Part shown: positions 31,053 through 44,042 of the stretch, one piece after another | Layout of the letters: the number at the start of each line of letters is the position of its first letter | How positions within the stretch are numbered: position 1 is the first letter of the stretch | Source of the DNA: Lingula anatina | Taxonomy: Eukaryota > Animalia > Brachiopoda | Direction of reading: 5' to 3' | NCBI GenBank assembly: GCA_051362555.1 | Contig: CM120640.1 | Span: 45,362,788 to 45,426,787, forward strand | DNA: 64,000 bases | Notes under the pieces: model-generated | The model's input: only the letters and a program-made list of their open reading frames with translations | The model's database searches: none | Told to the model about the DNA's origin: nothing | Translations under genes and position numbers: made by a program

Positions 31053-32557
31053 TTTTTGATCAGGTGTCTGGTATCTATCATTTACCAGTAATATGTATGT
31101 GAAAGATGACTAGTTATGATTATTACTGATTTTAATCACTTAAAGATGACAGGAGGATAGGCTGTTGTTCTGAAACCATGCTAGTTGACTGCAAGCAAAC
31201 TTGTACACTGGATTCTTTTTTAGAAATGTTCTTTTTTTTTTCAAGCAAAGGACAATCCAAAGATATCATTTATCTTTCCACAAGAAAATGGATTTCGATT
31301 TGTAATGTATAAGTGCTCAGCACTGTGACATTTCGTGATGGATCAATGTTATTGCTACAGATCAATGTTACAGAAGGATAGGTGTTATTGCTACAGATCA
31401 ATGTTACAGATGGATCAGTGTTATTGCTACAGATCACGGTTACAGATGGATCAGTGTTATTGCTACAGATCAAAGTTACAGATGGATCAGTGTTATTGCT
31501 ACAGATCACGGTTACAGATGGATCAGTGTTATTGCTACAGATCAATGTTATTGCTACAGATCAATGTTACAGATGGATCAGTGTTATTGCTACAGATTCC
31601 CTCATTGCCTACTTGTACTATGATTTTCCATCTGTAATTACACATCATCTTTCAAACAAAACAAAACAAAACAACAACAACAACAAAAAAATTTAATAAA
31701 GATATTTCAAAACTCAAAAAGTATTTCAAAACTCATCTTTTACATTTCTAATGAATACAATAATGAAATATTTCGTCCCAATTCTCTAACAGAGCAGGTA
31801 ACTTTTTAATGTTAAAGTTCAGTAATAAAAAACTTGTCTATCTTTTTTCTGTCTGCAGTGTCTATGTCACTATCCCTCAAAAACTGAGAAATATTTTTTG
31901 AAATCTTAAAGTCAGAAGTTTAGGGTTGCATTTATCAATAGTCTTGCCAAATTTGAACTTTGTTTGTGTTAAACACGGTTATAGATTTTGTAAAATACAA
32001 TTTTAAAGAGCTAAAATCTGTAATGCAAGACAAATGCCATGAAATGCCCCAATGTGCAGTAGACACCCAGAGATGAACTTACCTGTAGTTGTTCCACAAA
32101 ATATTGTTAAGTTAACAAAAACTGGGTATCATGTTGATTCTTCCCTTTGATATGTACAAATGCTGTCACAAGAAAATTCCCAAAATCAATGAAAAGTGAT
32201 GAATTTCAAAGCATTGAAGTGACTTGGAACTAGTTATATTTTCATGATATTATGATTTAATATTCACTAGTTCCTATTGTATTATTGGTTAGGTCATATC
32301 AGAGTGAATATGTATTCATCCAAGAGCATGTGCAATAAAGTGATTGATTGTACTAGATAGATTGAAGAGTCCTTGTTATATCAGTGGCTGTTGGGTCTGA
32401 TAGCTCATTACTGCTCTAAATCCATTTCAGGTCAGGTTCAATAGCAGGCTATGGCTTTGCAACCACACTATTTATCGTATGGTTGTCAGATTGGAAAGTC
32501 ATCTGGGAGAAGGTTCCATATTATAACAAGAAATTTGAAGAGAGCTCTGCTAGTTAG
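30002..32557 (+). CDS. UQCR11: Cytochrome b-c1 complex subunit 10 (UQCR11/QCR10), 59 aa. Coding exons 30002-30054 and 32431-32557; 3'UTR intron 32586-32858; AATAAA at 33199
   Basis: Spliced product MPFGFTSKHLAKRAVRNW/SGSIAGYGFATTLFIVWLSDWKVIWEKVPYYNKKFEESSAS*. It matches the UQCR11 pattern I recall (..KNW..G....VWATDWRLILDWVPYINGKF). A phase-2 intron splits the Trp codon (TG|G) with canonical GT-AG. Confidence 0.88.
31337..31597. repeat. 36-bp minisatellite (~7 units) in UQCR11 intron 1
   Basis: Unit GATGGATCAGTGTTATTGCTACAGATCAATGTTACA, head-to-tail with no spacers. Explains the spurious repeated ORFs at 31270-31696. Confidence 0.95.
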
Positions 32558-33715
32558 TTATGACTGTAGTATTATAGTGACAAGGGTAAGTAGCTGGGGA
32601 TAGGTGGAGGGATTTCATTAATTTTGATCAGTTTTACAAAATAGTGTACTTCTCTCGTGAATTTGATGAATGTTAGAATTAACTTAGATTTATTAAGTAT
32701 GTAATTAATAAATTGATAAGTATTATATTATCTGTAATGTGCTATGCAAATAAATCATGAAGTCCTTGATGTTTAAAGCATATCGTATATGAAGCATATC
32801 ATATATAAAGTTAGCTCACATTAACCTACTGTTACATGTGATTTATTTTCCTTTATAGGTTGACTTTTTACAGTGGTTGTTTTAGAAGCACTAACACTTA
32901 GGATAGAAGAAATGTTTCACCAGACTGATTTTTGGCCATTCAACCCAACTAGCCATACAATTCAACAAGGATGTAAATGGGACTTCAAATCTACTTTTGT
33001 TTGTGAAAATAACTTCAAATACATCTACTTGTACAGAGGATAGAGCATCATTGCTGGTTTCAGGTTGAAATAATAATAGTAATATTAACTTGGGAGGATA
33101 GTACAAACTTGCCAAGATTTTGGTTGACAGTAACAGTTGCCAGATGATCAGACATTAATCTGGAGTAAAATGTCTGATAGTTATGTTGTGTTTCAGTGAA
33201 TAAATAAAATTGAAAAAAAAAAAACAAACAAACATGGTTTTCAGCTTTGAAGATTTCTATTTATATATTCAATCATGTTTTGTTTTTAATTCATTTCTTT
33301 ACTCACATATTTATATAAGGTATTGGGGGGCAACCGCACACCTCGGGTAGAGGCTATAATAACCACACCTGTATCCTCATACCCAAGGAAAGTTGCCCTG
33401 TGATACACTAAAATGTAGAAGTGCAACTAGATGTTGGGTTAATCTGTTTGAAGAGTGGTTGCAACTTTGAGATAAAACTGTTGCTAATATTTTTTGTGCA
33501 CTTTTAGTCAGAAATGTTGTCATAACTAACCCATACAGGTTTTTAAGTGGAGCTTGTCACTTTAATTTGATAGTTTGAAATCTTGTTGCCATTTGGGTGG
33601 CTTTGAGCATCAAATTTAGCAAAATCTTTTGCAATACCTTATTATTTCGAAACGTTTATTGTTTTAAAGGGGAAAAAGTTATATTCATCAGACTTTGTAT
33701 AAAATTTCCTATATA

Positions 33716-34572
33716 TACTGAACAAAAATATAAACGCACGAAACTAAAATGGTCAGTTGAAATGGATAATTATGAAATATGCCCAGGTTGATGGTTTATT
33801 TGTGAACTGATGAATTTGTTTTGATCAATTATAGTGGTCTGGTTTCACTTGGCCGCTCCCCGTGAGTATACTCAAAGGTTCAGTTTTTACACCCATAAGA
33901 CTAATGGAGCATGACGGAGTAGAGGTCAATTTGCAAGACCAATACTCGGACACTCTCTACCGTCTAGGCAATAAAAGGACACACCAAAATGTGTATTTCT
34001 GTCACTTGTCAACATGCCACAGATGTCTGGAACCATGAGGGAGCATGCCGTCAGCATGCTCAATGCTGGCTTGTCAGTAACAGAAGTTGCAGCATGCCTG
34101 TATGGGCAATCATTCCACTGTCAGCCGTCTTGGGACACGCTTCAGAGACACTGGTAGCATAAGGAACCACCCTCATGCACCATGTCGCCAAACAAACACC
34201 TGTGGAATGTTCTGGATCAGAGTTTTCAGCCATCATGTTCCAGCTCTCGAAAATGTTCGCCAACTGCAAGAAGCACTCCAGGAGGAATGGGATAATATCC
34301 CTTAGGCCTCTATTGACAACTTAGTGATGTCCATGCGCCGCTAGTGTACTGCTCTGCACAAATTTAATGGTGTCTGTGAACTCAGGATGTTGACCCCCAT
34401 GGTGTATTTGATGCCCTAACTCTTGGACTATGCATTTAAACTTCCCCTAATGCTCTCAAAGTGATGTCTATTTGTCGAGAAAAATATGCTGTTATTTTTG
34501 GCTATATACTCTAGTTCCATATATGAAAATAAATCTACATATTCTTTCGTGCGTTTATATTTTTGTTCAGTA
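33716..34572 (+). mobile_element. Internally deleted Tc1 element (857 bp)
   Basis: Perfect 28-bp TIRs TACTGAACAAAAATATAAACGCACGAAA with TA TSD. N-terminal transposase remnant (MPQMS..REHAVSMLNAG..HSTVSRLGTRFRDTGSI) joins directly to a C-terminal remnant (HLWNVLD..NVRQLQEALQEEWDNIP*ASIDNLVMSMRR). The DDE core is deleted. Confidence 0.9.
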
Positions 34573-35786
34573 TACTTCTTGTCGTCCTCGGCTCAGTGGC
34601 GCAACTGTTTCGCCTCTGAATTCTGAAGATTACTTCTAAGTTTGAGAGCACCGTCAGGGAGGGGTGGGTTTCGCCCCTGCACCAAACAAGTCGAACAACC
34701 AGTCAGTTCACGAATCACATCGTTTTTATTTAAATTTACATGGAAACGTGTTCCAGTTGTCTCATGATATCTTTGTTCATTACAAAGTGCTACACAATAA
34801 ATAAAAAAAAGCATTGAACTTTGCGGTTATTTTGGTCAAGTAAGTTTCCGAAGATTTGTAGGTTGAAAAGTCTGACGAACCGGGATAGCCAAAAGAGATG
34901 TAAATAACAAAATAAATGAAATATCGCAGCTTACACGTATGTACAAACTCAAAATAAAAAACCCTTGTCATGATAATAGTACTTTAAAAGATTTTTAGAT
35001 GCATATAAAAATATCAAGCTTCATATAGGCAGACTATACTTTGACAGGGAATATGCACAGGTGGAACCAGAGTATTTTTACGTCCTTGATTTCCTGTAAT
35101 AAGCGTATACATTTACAAATACTTGTCAAGAAATATTCTGCTTGATTTTTAGCTTTAAATAATGAGCCTTCTGATATACCATGTAGGCCTGTCATTTTAT
35201 CAGACCGACAGAAGTTGCCCATAGTGTAGGTGGACCAGGAAACGGGGTTAGTGACGGAAGAAGAAGAATAAAAAACAACGATCACCTCCCCCGTCCGCCC
35301 ATTTTATGCTATTCAAAATGAATAGACCAGTTTGTTTATCATGTTATCAGCAATTATTTATAATTGAAAATGTGCTGAATACCGATCAGTTAAAACAGTT
35401 ATATACACATGATCATTCCATGCATCTGTCACTAGGAATACACTGGTGGACTTTGGCCTTTATTATCATTCCTGGACCGGGGGACGGATATCAATAAAAG
35501 CAATTAATCGTTCTCATAATAGTTAGGTGTTATGGTCGAAGCACACCGGACATTTTACCCATTGAAAACATCCTGGTCTTAATACAGACATTTGAACCTT
35601 GAATGATCAACGTGGAACCAAGATCCGAAGTATGTTCGATTTATGTTCTCACAACCCTGCGTTATATTTATGCATTCACGAAGGACATTTGCTCAAAGAT
35701 GGCAGCATCTTTGTCAACAAGCCTCAGTGAGACGTTTGCTTACTTTCAATACTGATATTTGCATGTAAGTGGAATGGATCATTCTG

Positions 35787-38721
35787 CTAGAGTCTTTCTC
35801 CTGGATCTGGCAGAGACATGTCCATTTCTGAAAAATCAAAAGAATAATTTCCAGGCCAAGAATAATTTGGATAAGTAGTCTTCCCTTTAACAGTGCCTTA
35901 ATACATTTATCAACTGCATTGAATGTCACCGGCAAAATCCCTTTTCATTAATTGAATTAATGCCATTTTCCTATATGTGCAAATTTTTGCCTCTAAAATT
36001 TCTGTACCAACGCCCTCTCAGGTTTTGTTGACCGCACTTGCAGATATCGAGGGCTCATTGCTGTCACAACTATTTTAGTGAATATGTGAACGGAGGGCCA
36101 AACCTGTAGCAGAACACCTTACCTATTCCACCGTTCTCAAACCCCCTAGAAGGCTCAATCATAATGTTGTTCTCCTCAGGCAGATCGTAGTCTTCAGGCC
36201 AATGTAATCCCACGAAAATCTGGTAAATAAATGCTCCCAGTAAGGCGCCAACATGAGGCCCAATTATTGGTACCCAAAACCAGTTGTATTCTCTAAAACT
36301 GCAAAGAAAAAATTTATAATTTGCAATCAACTCTATACGACATACAACATAAAATATTCCGAAGGCATATACGAATCATTCATCGCGATTTATATACAGA
36401 CTTGACATTTAATATGGAATATTTTTTTCAAAATCATTTTTCATCAGTTTTTTCCTATATTGCTGACTGATAAATGAAAATAAGGATTAAAATCGTGTTT
36501 TAATAACTTTTAATTATCTCTTTGACGTCATTGTGACATCAGTTCATTAATCAAATTCGCCAGAGAAACAAACAAAAACACATTGCCTATTCTATGTCAT
36601 ACGACTCCCATTAAAAGAGATATTTTGGATCTCCATAGTTTCCAAATTATCGTCTGTAAAAGGGTAATACGCTCCACAAAAGACCCTCATGTCAGTTGCT
36701 AGTCACAGTAATGGTCGTTGTTACGCCTGGCCTCTTCGTGGCTGTTGCCAGCGCTCTCAAGCGGCAAGGCATTTCTTGAGGGTAGGTTTTTAGACTTCAA
36801 TCTGGAATAGCATTCTAGGCATCGGTCTGAAATTGTCCAATCTGGTCCAGTTTTGTTGTAGGACATGTAGGCAGTTGATTGATGAGTAATGGTCTACCGA
36901 AATATTGTCTATGTGGTTCAAATGAGGCGATTTTGATGACCAGGGTAGCTGCTCATGCCCTTGGTTCTGTAAGTTATCTGCTATTAAAAGTGCTCTGTGT
37001 GAACCTGCAACCTCATCGTGCAACCTAGAATTGTTCCTAAGGTGCCCCCTATCAAATGATAGTCAAGTGGTTCCGAGATTATCCCTTTATTTGATCTGGT
37101 TCAGGTTTTCGTCGATGACTACCATTGGTGTTTTGGCACCAATGTGGAATCTACTCCAAATACTGACGCTGTCAATCACCCTTGTCACTTTAGACCCGGC
37201 ATATGCTTCGTCGTAGGCCTCTTCTGGATATCTGTAAACTCTGTTTTGATTAATTGGGCGGTACAGGTGAAATCTGACCTCAATAAAGAAAGCCACGCAG
37301 TTTCAGTGTTCTACCCAGAATCGTTCATGGCCCCCAATTCATTAGAGAAACAGACGACGATGTTTTGCTGTATACAGTGGGTACCTCGGAGGTCATTAGG
37401 TGTTCTTACCTGCTAAAACCAGTTTGGTGTTCGCTAAGGGCTTTGAAAAACGCATTTTAGTGGCAATTTACCCCTCGTTCTGAACGGACTAAGTGTTTTT
37501 TGTTTAGTTGCAGCAGCGTATCCCGAAAGACAGTGGGTCCTGTACCCTGTAGGTAAAATTTTGATACATTGGGGGTGACCTCTGTGTAGGTACATCAGTC
37601 TGGGCATTACTCTATAAAACTGTGGGGACCGTTCCGTTTGGCGCTATGATCTGTCTGGTGATGTCTGTCTTTTTCGCGCCGTTCTGCCTTAGATTAACAA
37701 ATTTGTAATGCACGTCTTGACTCATTTTACGCACTGCAAAACTGACCGTTTGCATGCCAAATTTCAAATTTTTCTATTCAGTAGTTGCCGAAATATGGAT
37801 ACTTTTTTGACAGAACCAAGCTTTGCCTAAGCCAAGCTTTGATCAGCCCAAAGGAACACTACCCAATTAAATCACTGCAAATTACATAGTGTAGCAGCGC
37901 AACATGCATGAAAGTCAGTTAATTGGTAGTGACACACATGACTGCATACTTTTACATTCACAAATCTTATATGAAATCGGAGTTTTTTGAAAAAAGAACG
38001 TATTTTTACCTAGGTATACTTTCGAAACTGAAATATTCCATATTAAATGTCAAGTCTGTAGTAACGTGTTGTTTTTCTTGTCTTAACGCAAACGCCCAGT
38101 TGTTGCTCTTAATTACCTTAAAGTACGTGTACCTCTGTTACTTTCGTATAATACTGATGTTTTCATTTAAAATTTCTAACATGTACGTAAAGCATGTCGC
38201 AGGAGTAAGAAATGCACAAGTGGGCTTGATTCGCACTTCATCATCCTTTAATCGAATTTTATCACCAAGAGGTTCCCAAGCACGATGTCATCAATCTCAT
38301 TCTAGGACTGGAGCGATCGTTTTATTTGAAGGGTTTGATGCAGTGTGATACATTGAGATGCAACATCCGTCCTATCATTAACCAACTTAGTTGACCTAAA
38401 GTCTCAGAGTTTGTTGGGTACTCTCATCTAAAGCTATTCGGGAGGCCAAAATGGGTTCAGTTAGACTCTGAATCTCAGAGTGACTTTCTCATGCATCAAA
38501 CAGATTTTCTTTCAAATATCAACTGTTAATTCAATGGCAACTGATATGAGTAAACGCGTATTTTAGTAGCAATTTCAACATTGAAATTTTCACTATACGA
38601 TAGCAAATTAGACTTTACACAATACTTGATCGGACTCACGTCGTTTTAAGTAGACATATGGGGCCATATTTGCCACTAAGTGATGCCAATAATCGAATGT
38701 GAAATGAGCACTGGCAGATTC

Positions 38722-38761
<40 letters not shown>

Positions 38762-40162
38762 AGGGAGAATTAGATAACATTTGCTCCAATTCGCTCGACC
38801 AATGAGAAATAACAGACGAGGACAAATATAATAGGGCATGTATTGATATGTAGGGCACAAGTGTGTAAACATTTCTTGGTTTTGTATCGTTTCGCATGCC
38901 ATACTTTTTGAGATGGGGATAATTGCGAACCTCGGAAGCTAAGGGATACAGGACCTACACTGTAAAAACAGTGTTTAGCATTTAAATACATACAACACAC
39001 GTTAGGCACCTATACGCATTTAGAAATCTGTGTAAATGCTAAACGCGTATAGCTTTTCAAACGTTTCACAGAAGAAAAAGCTAGACACGTTGGCATTGTT
39101 ACACGTTTAGCTATGTGTTTAGCTTCACCGGCATATGATTCTATAACAAGTCTATCACAAGCTAAGCACATTGTGCTAAGCACTTCCTCCGCTAAGCGCG
39201 TGAGGCTGCTAAACATATGGAGCTGCTATAGGTGTGGAATTCCTTAACGCGTGGAGCTGCTAAACAACATGTTTAGCTTTTCATGCTCGTCACAGAAAAA
39301 AATGCTTCACAATCCCATATATACGATCCCATAACAAGTTTATTACAAGACTCAACAATTTTGCTTAACACTTCCCCTTGTAAACATATGGGGCTGTTGG
39401 AGGCGAGAAGCAGCCTGCTCGAACGCGTTGTGTCCTTCCTTGCAGTAACGTGTGATTATTTAAAATAGGCCTATTGAGTAATAATCCAAATAACAAATAA
39501 CGTTTTCACGACGTTATCAGCTGGTTACATGATGGTGATGGTATAGAATAAAGTCATGGTAACGTTATGGGTGTTTTTAACTCCATGCAAAATAATGCCC
39601 TTGCAGTTTTATAAGCGTTTTATAACATTCTGGAAAAACATTATTTAATGTTTTGAAAACTTTTTTATTAATCACCAAAACACGTCTTATGCTGTATGAA
39701 CTACAGTTAGCGGTTAATTCCAAAATGGGCTTGGGTTAGTCGGCGACTAGAGCGGTGCGATTTTAAAAAAGTATTCGGACTATCGTTACCAAAATAACCA
39801 GCGTGTGATGAAAGCTTAAATAAACCATTATAATGAATACCCCACCATCATCCTGATGTTCTATTGTTCATTACTTCCGGAAAAAATAAATGAACATCAA
39901 TACCTTAACGCATTTTATCAAAATATGAAAAAAATGTTTTAAAGTAAAAAGTGATAGTTGTTTCGTGTCTTTAGTAAACTAGTGAATTTTTCTAACTTGT
40001 TTGTCAGAAATATATTTCAATTAACTTCCTCGCAAGCTCAGCTAACACAAGGATGAATAAGTCCCGCTGTAATGATTATGGTGTGAGTCAATTATGTTGA
40101 CAGTTCACGGTACCCTGTTATAGATAGAGATAGCTATAGCAGTTAAAGGTGACCGTGACTTC

Positions 40163-40193
<31 letters not shown>

Positions 40194-43100
40194 TGTGAGA
40201 GAGAGTGACTGAAACAGTTGAAAACGTTACAACCTTAAAGTTAAACAAATGCACCCTACATTTATTAGGCGTCAAACACGTCAAAGCGTGTAACATGTTA
40301 ATAGGCTAAACGTGCTTAGGTGCTAAACGCGTGGAAAAAATGAGACAAAACAGGCGCTTAGAAATGTGTCTCGGAGCTAAACACTGTTTTTACAGTGTAC
40401 TGTGTTCCCCGCCAATGGTAAGAGAAAAAGTTTTTAAAATAATCTTTTCACATGTTGGACCCTCTTTGAACGCAAATAACTTAGTCCGCCTTGATTCGTC
40501 TCTGATTGAACAAAATCTGACAGGATAGCTCTCAAGCTGCAATTCAGAGTCCATATTGGGTGGGTAAAGTTTTAGCCTTTGAAACCGAAGTCGCAGCCAG
40601 CGCCGTTTTAACTAAAACCTATTTTTGGCTACTACACTAAATATACGTATATATCTTCATTCCTATTACACATCTGAAGCACATTAGCAAGTCTTTGTTC
40701 ACTCAAAATCATAACATGCAACTGCTTTTTATCATGTCCGTTTATTTAATTACAAAACAGGTGACTCTAATAAAACCATCTACCTCAGTTATTACCAAAA
40801 ATGTTATATTTTTTTTTTTTTGTTAAAACGAAGCAAGATTGGCCTGACAGTGACTAATGCTGCTACACGTTTTACATGTACCTGAATGCTTCCGCTCCCC
40901 ATCCAGATATCGTTATAAAGATCCTTGGTGCCAAATCTCTGGCCGGGTTAATCGCGTAACCGCAATTGTAGCCGAATGCTGCGCCTATAGCCAAAACAAG
41001 AAGCCCCACCAACAGCGGCACGGCCGGTTTAGGCACTTCCATGTTTCTTCGGTCGGTAATGGCGAGTATACAGCTTAACAGTAAGGCCGTACCAAACACC
41101 TGTGGAATATCAAACGTTAGCCCAGGATGTTCTCTGACTGGATTTAGAGTTTTGACTTTCCAGTCACCGTTTTTACACAATGAATCAAAGAGTTAAAAAA
41201 AAAAACATGGATAACTCTTGCTATTTTTATCAAGTACCAACCGAGGACCTTGATAGTTGGCAGCCTTCTCATTTACAATTCACATAAGGAATTTAGAAAA
41301 TTTCTTCAGATGCGTAAACCATTTAGTTACTGCGTAAGTTTTCATCAAATTACAGCTTCCATATATAGCAAACATATTAACAGATAGAGACGATGGAATA
41401 TTTTTTCAGGTAACAATAAAGATATACATTACTTAAGGAGCATGGCATGACATTTCGACGTTATTTTCAAAAGGGTGCGTGTATTTCACCTGGTCTATGA
41501 ACCCAGTAATAGTAGTAACTTCAGGCTGGGGAAAAGTGCACCATATTCCTGCAGTGGCTTTACTGCCTGTCACTTTACGCACACCACCATCAAATTCTGT
41601 CAGTGCGTCTGTAAAAGAGAGTAATATTTTTATTGCTCCTAATTTCTCAGTCATTTCTTTTCTTATTCAATAAATAGACAAATTTAGAGGTTAATCAATG
41701 AATGAATAAATAATATGAAAATCGCAGATTTTATAAATCTAAAGTCTTGAAGTGCATGTATTGAGGAAATAGTCACTGACAACAAATTGATCACAGACTT
41801 CCCTTTCCTTTATCTTCCTACCTAAATACACTGCATACACACAGGCAGACCCTAGGAATGCCCCCAGATATTGTGCAATGATATAAAAAGGCAGGCGAGA
41901 CCACTTCAGTCTCCCAAGGACGGCCATAGTAACACTCACAGCGGGGTTTATGTGCCCTCCTGCAAGATATAATAAATTCATTCTAACATTCCGTATTGTA
42001 TTTATCTTCAATTTTTATTGACGTACCGTGCAATAAAAATATTTTATAGAAACTTGACAGTATTATTAAAACGATGGAAGCATAACCAACATGAAATTAT
42101 TTGAAACAAGGTTTAGAAAAAAAAAGTTGACAAAAATAACAAAGGCACAGATAAGCTAGAAAAGCCTTTGTATACGAAACTGCTGTGCTTTGCAATGCCA
42201 AGAAGGTAGAAATAAAAAAAAAAGATAAATATATTTGTCATGGAGAGAGAAAAAGGACGAAAATGAACGAAAAAAAATGACATGCAACGAGCATAACCTG
42301 ATACTCCTCCGGAAAAGAATACGCCCAAAGCCACACCCAATCCCCAACTCCAGTTCACCGAGAAAAAGTCGCCAAAGCCATCTTTCCCGAAAACCTTCTG
42401 TGCCACTGACCCACAACCGAATACCTAAAAATAACATAGCCAGGATAAGCATTATGATTAACGGAGGGCAACTTTTTCGTGAAATCCTGCCGATCAAGTT
42501 TTTTTTTCTTCCAGAGACACAGGGATTTCTGCCAGCTGTTTTGCGTCGGTAACCGTAACGGATGATCATATGTCAAGAAAACATTTAAAACACACCCGAT
42601 TCGCGAGGGGCAAACCCGACAGCATATTTGTTCTGAGAAACGTCTGCGAATACAGTTCAGCAACTCTATCATCTGTATAACTGTTCAGTGTAAAGGAAGG
42701 AATTTTTTAAAGAATCCCATTGTTCAACATTGAAAAACTGGCACGATATATATTTATTCTAGAATTACTATGCCATATGGATCTCGCACACACTGTATAC
42801 CCTTAAGTTTGAAGTTTAGAGCCATATTTGACTGGTACTAATCAGAAAGTTATGTAGGTCACTTTTAATCCCTTTAAACTTTGCAAATCTCTAATTTCCA
42901 ATATCTGTCCAGAAATAACCTTGAAATTGATACATATGAAGGCATACGACCACGGTGTACATTTTACAGCCGACTGTAAGCAATATATATTTTTATTTAA
43001 CATTGATAAGGTAACATTTACAAGATAATGATGTGTGTACTTCATCTAAAAATGATGACAGAGCAAATAGTTCATACGAAGATTGTGGTAAATGTTGAAT

Positions 43101-44042
43101 GCAGCACTGTTTCACATTTCCAAAGATAAGCCCAGAAACTTCACAAATACAAGGATTACTAGCGTAAAAAGCTACCTAAGCGTGCCTAGTCCAAAATGCG
43201 TGGACTTGACTGACGCGCCCTACTTATTAACATCTGCCCAAACTATGTTTGGTGCGTGTTTTAGATCAGAGGAAGCAACTGCTTAGTTCGAGGAGCCGGT
43301 GACTCCCTTACATCTCCTTAGGGGTGCAGAAGCTAAGATAAAAGAGCCTAGGCAAACAAGATTGTGTGGATTAGGGATGGTTGGGTGATATGTGAAGTAC
43401 AAAAAGTAGGCTTAGCTTTGCTCTTGTTTTTCGTGTCAAATTATTTCAAACTTTGGTATTATTAGGCTCTTGCCAGCTGTCCTTGCTCCTGACATGTTTT
43501 ATAGTCTTTAATCAAAACTGATTTGCAAATATTTACACTCTAATTAAACATCAACAATTTTTCAGGTTCTGTGCTCCTGGGCTCCTAATATAACTTTATT
43601 TCTTTTTATAGCGCATTTGCCTGTTAATACGGCTGACACCTTGTCAATGTATTTATTCGATAAGATGGACGAGATAGGTTGAACTCAGCGAGACCTCACG
43701 CTATTGCGCTCACATTAAGCTTCTGAAAAACAACCTTCTTGAAAATAAATTAATCCGATTTCATACGTAACAAAGTACATAAACATATGCATATGTTATT
43801 AGCCGCTGATTAGTTTTTCAAAGGTTTAGTTTATTCATAGAAAAGGCATTAAATAGACGAGGAAGATTCGGATACTGAACACAATGACATTTAGCGATAT
43901 CTTCTAAATTACTTTTGAATGAATAAAAGTTTATTGGCCTACTTACGATAAGTATAAACGTGCCCACGAATTCTGCAAGTGCCTCTCTACATGTTTTGTT
44001 ACTGATATGTAAAGAACGCTTCAGAGCCGATCGCCAGCCCAT
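35787..44042 (-). CDS. Aquaglyceroporin (AQP3/7/9/10-like). Exons 44042-43947, 42424-42298, 41959-41822, 41608-41490, 41099-40882, 36298-36123, 35827-35787
   Basis: [58 protein letters not shown] (Asp after NPAR is the glyceroporin signature), [12 protein letters not shown]. Phases are consistent; the last small exon is less certain. Confidence 0.94.
36700..37705 (-). mobile_element. Highly degraded Tc1-like transposase remnant in aquaglyceroporin intron 5
   Basis: Fragments [39 protein letters not shown] and [40 protein letters not shown] parallel the Tc1 FSDESRF, VMVWG, DNARPH and WPSKSPDLNPIE motifs. TIRs not identified; boundaries approximate. Confidence 0.75.
38958..40397. mobile_element. 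1.44-kb non-autonomous CACTG-terminal DNA element
   Basis: Perfect 22-bp TIRs CACTGTAAAAACAGTGTTTAGC, TA on both flanks, and many subterminal GCTAAAC/GTTTAGC/GCTAAGC motifs. No transposase ORF. Confidence 0.88.

Noticed and set aside
31113-31176. Possible C/D box snoRNA in the UQCR11 intron (ATGATTA..CTGA..AAGATGA..CTGA)
   Set aside because: Box C is imperfect, the terminal stem is only 3 bp, and I recognise no rRNA/snRNA complement. snoscan or Infernal would be needed.
31337-31597. 36-bp repeats as a CRISPR array or a Cys-rich repeat protein
   Set aside because: Units are contiguous with no unique spacers, there are no cas genes, and the array lies in a eukaryotic intron. The ORFs are repeat artefacts.
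34588-34680. Degenerate tRNA/SINE-like start (GCTCAGTGGCGCAA)
   Set aside because: No convincing B-box or cloverleaf.
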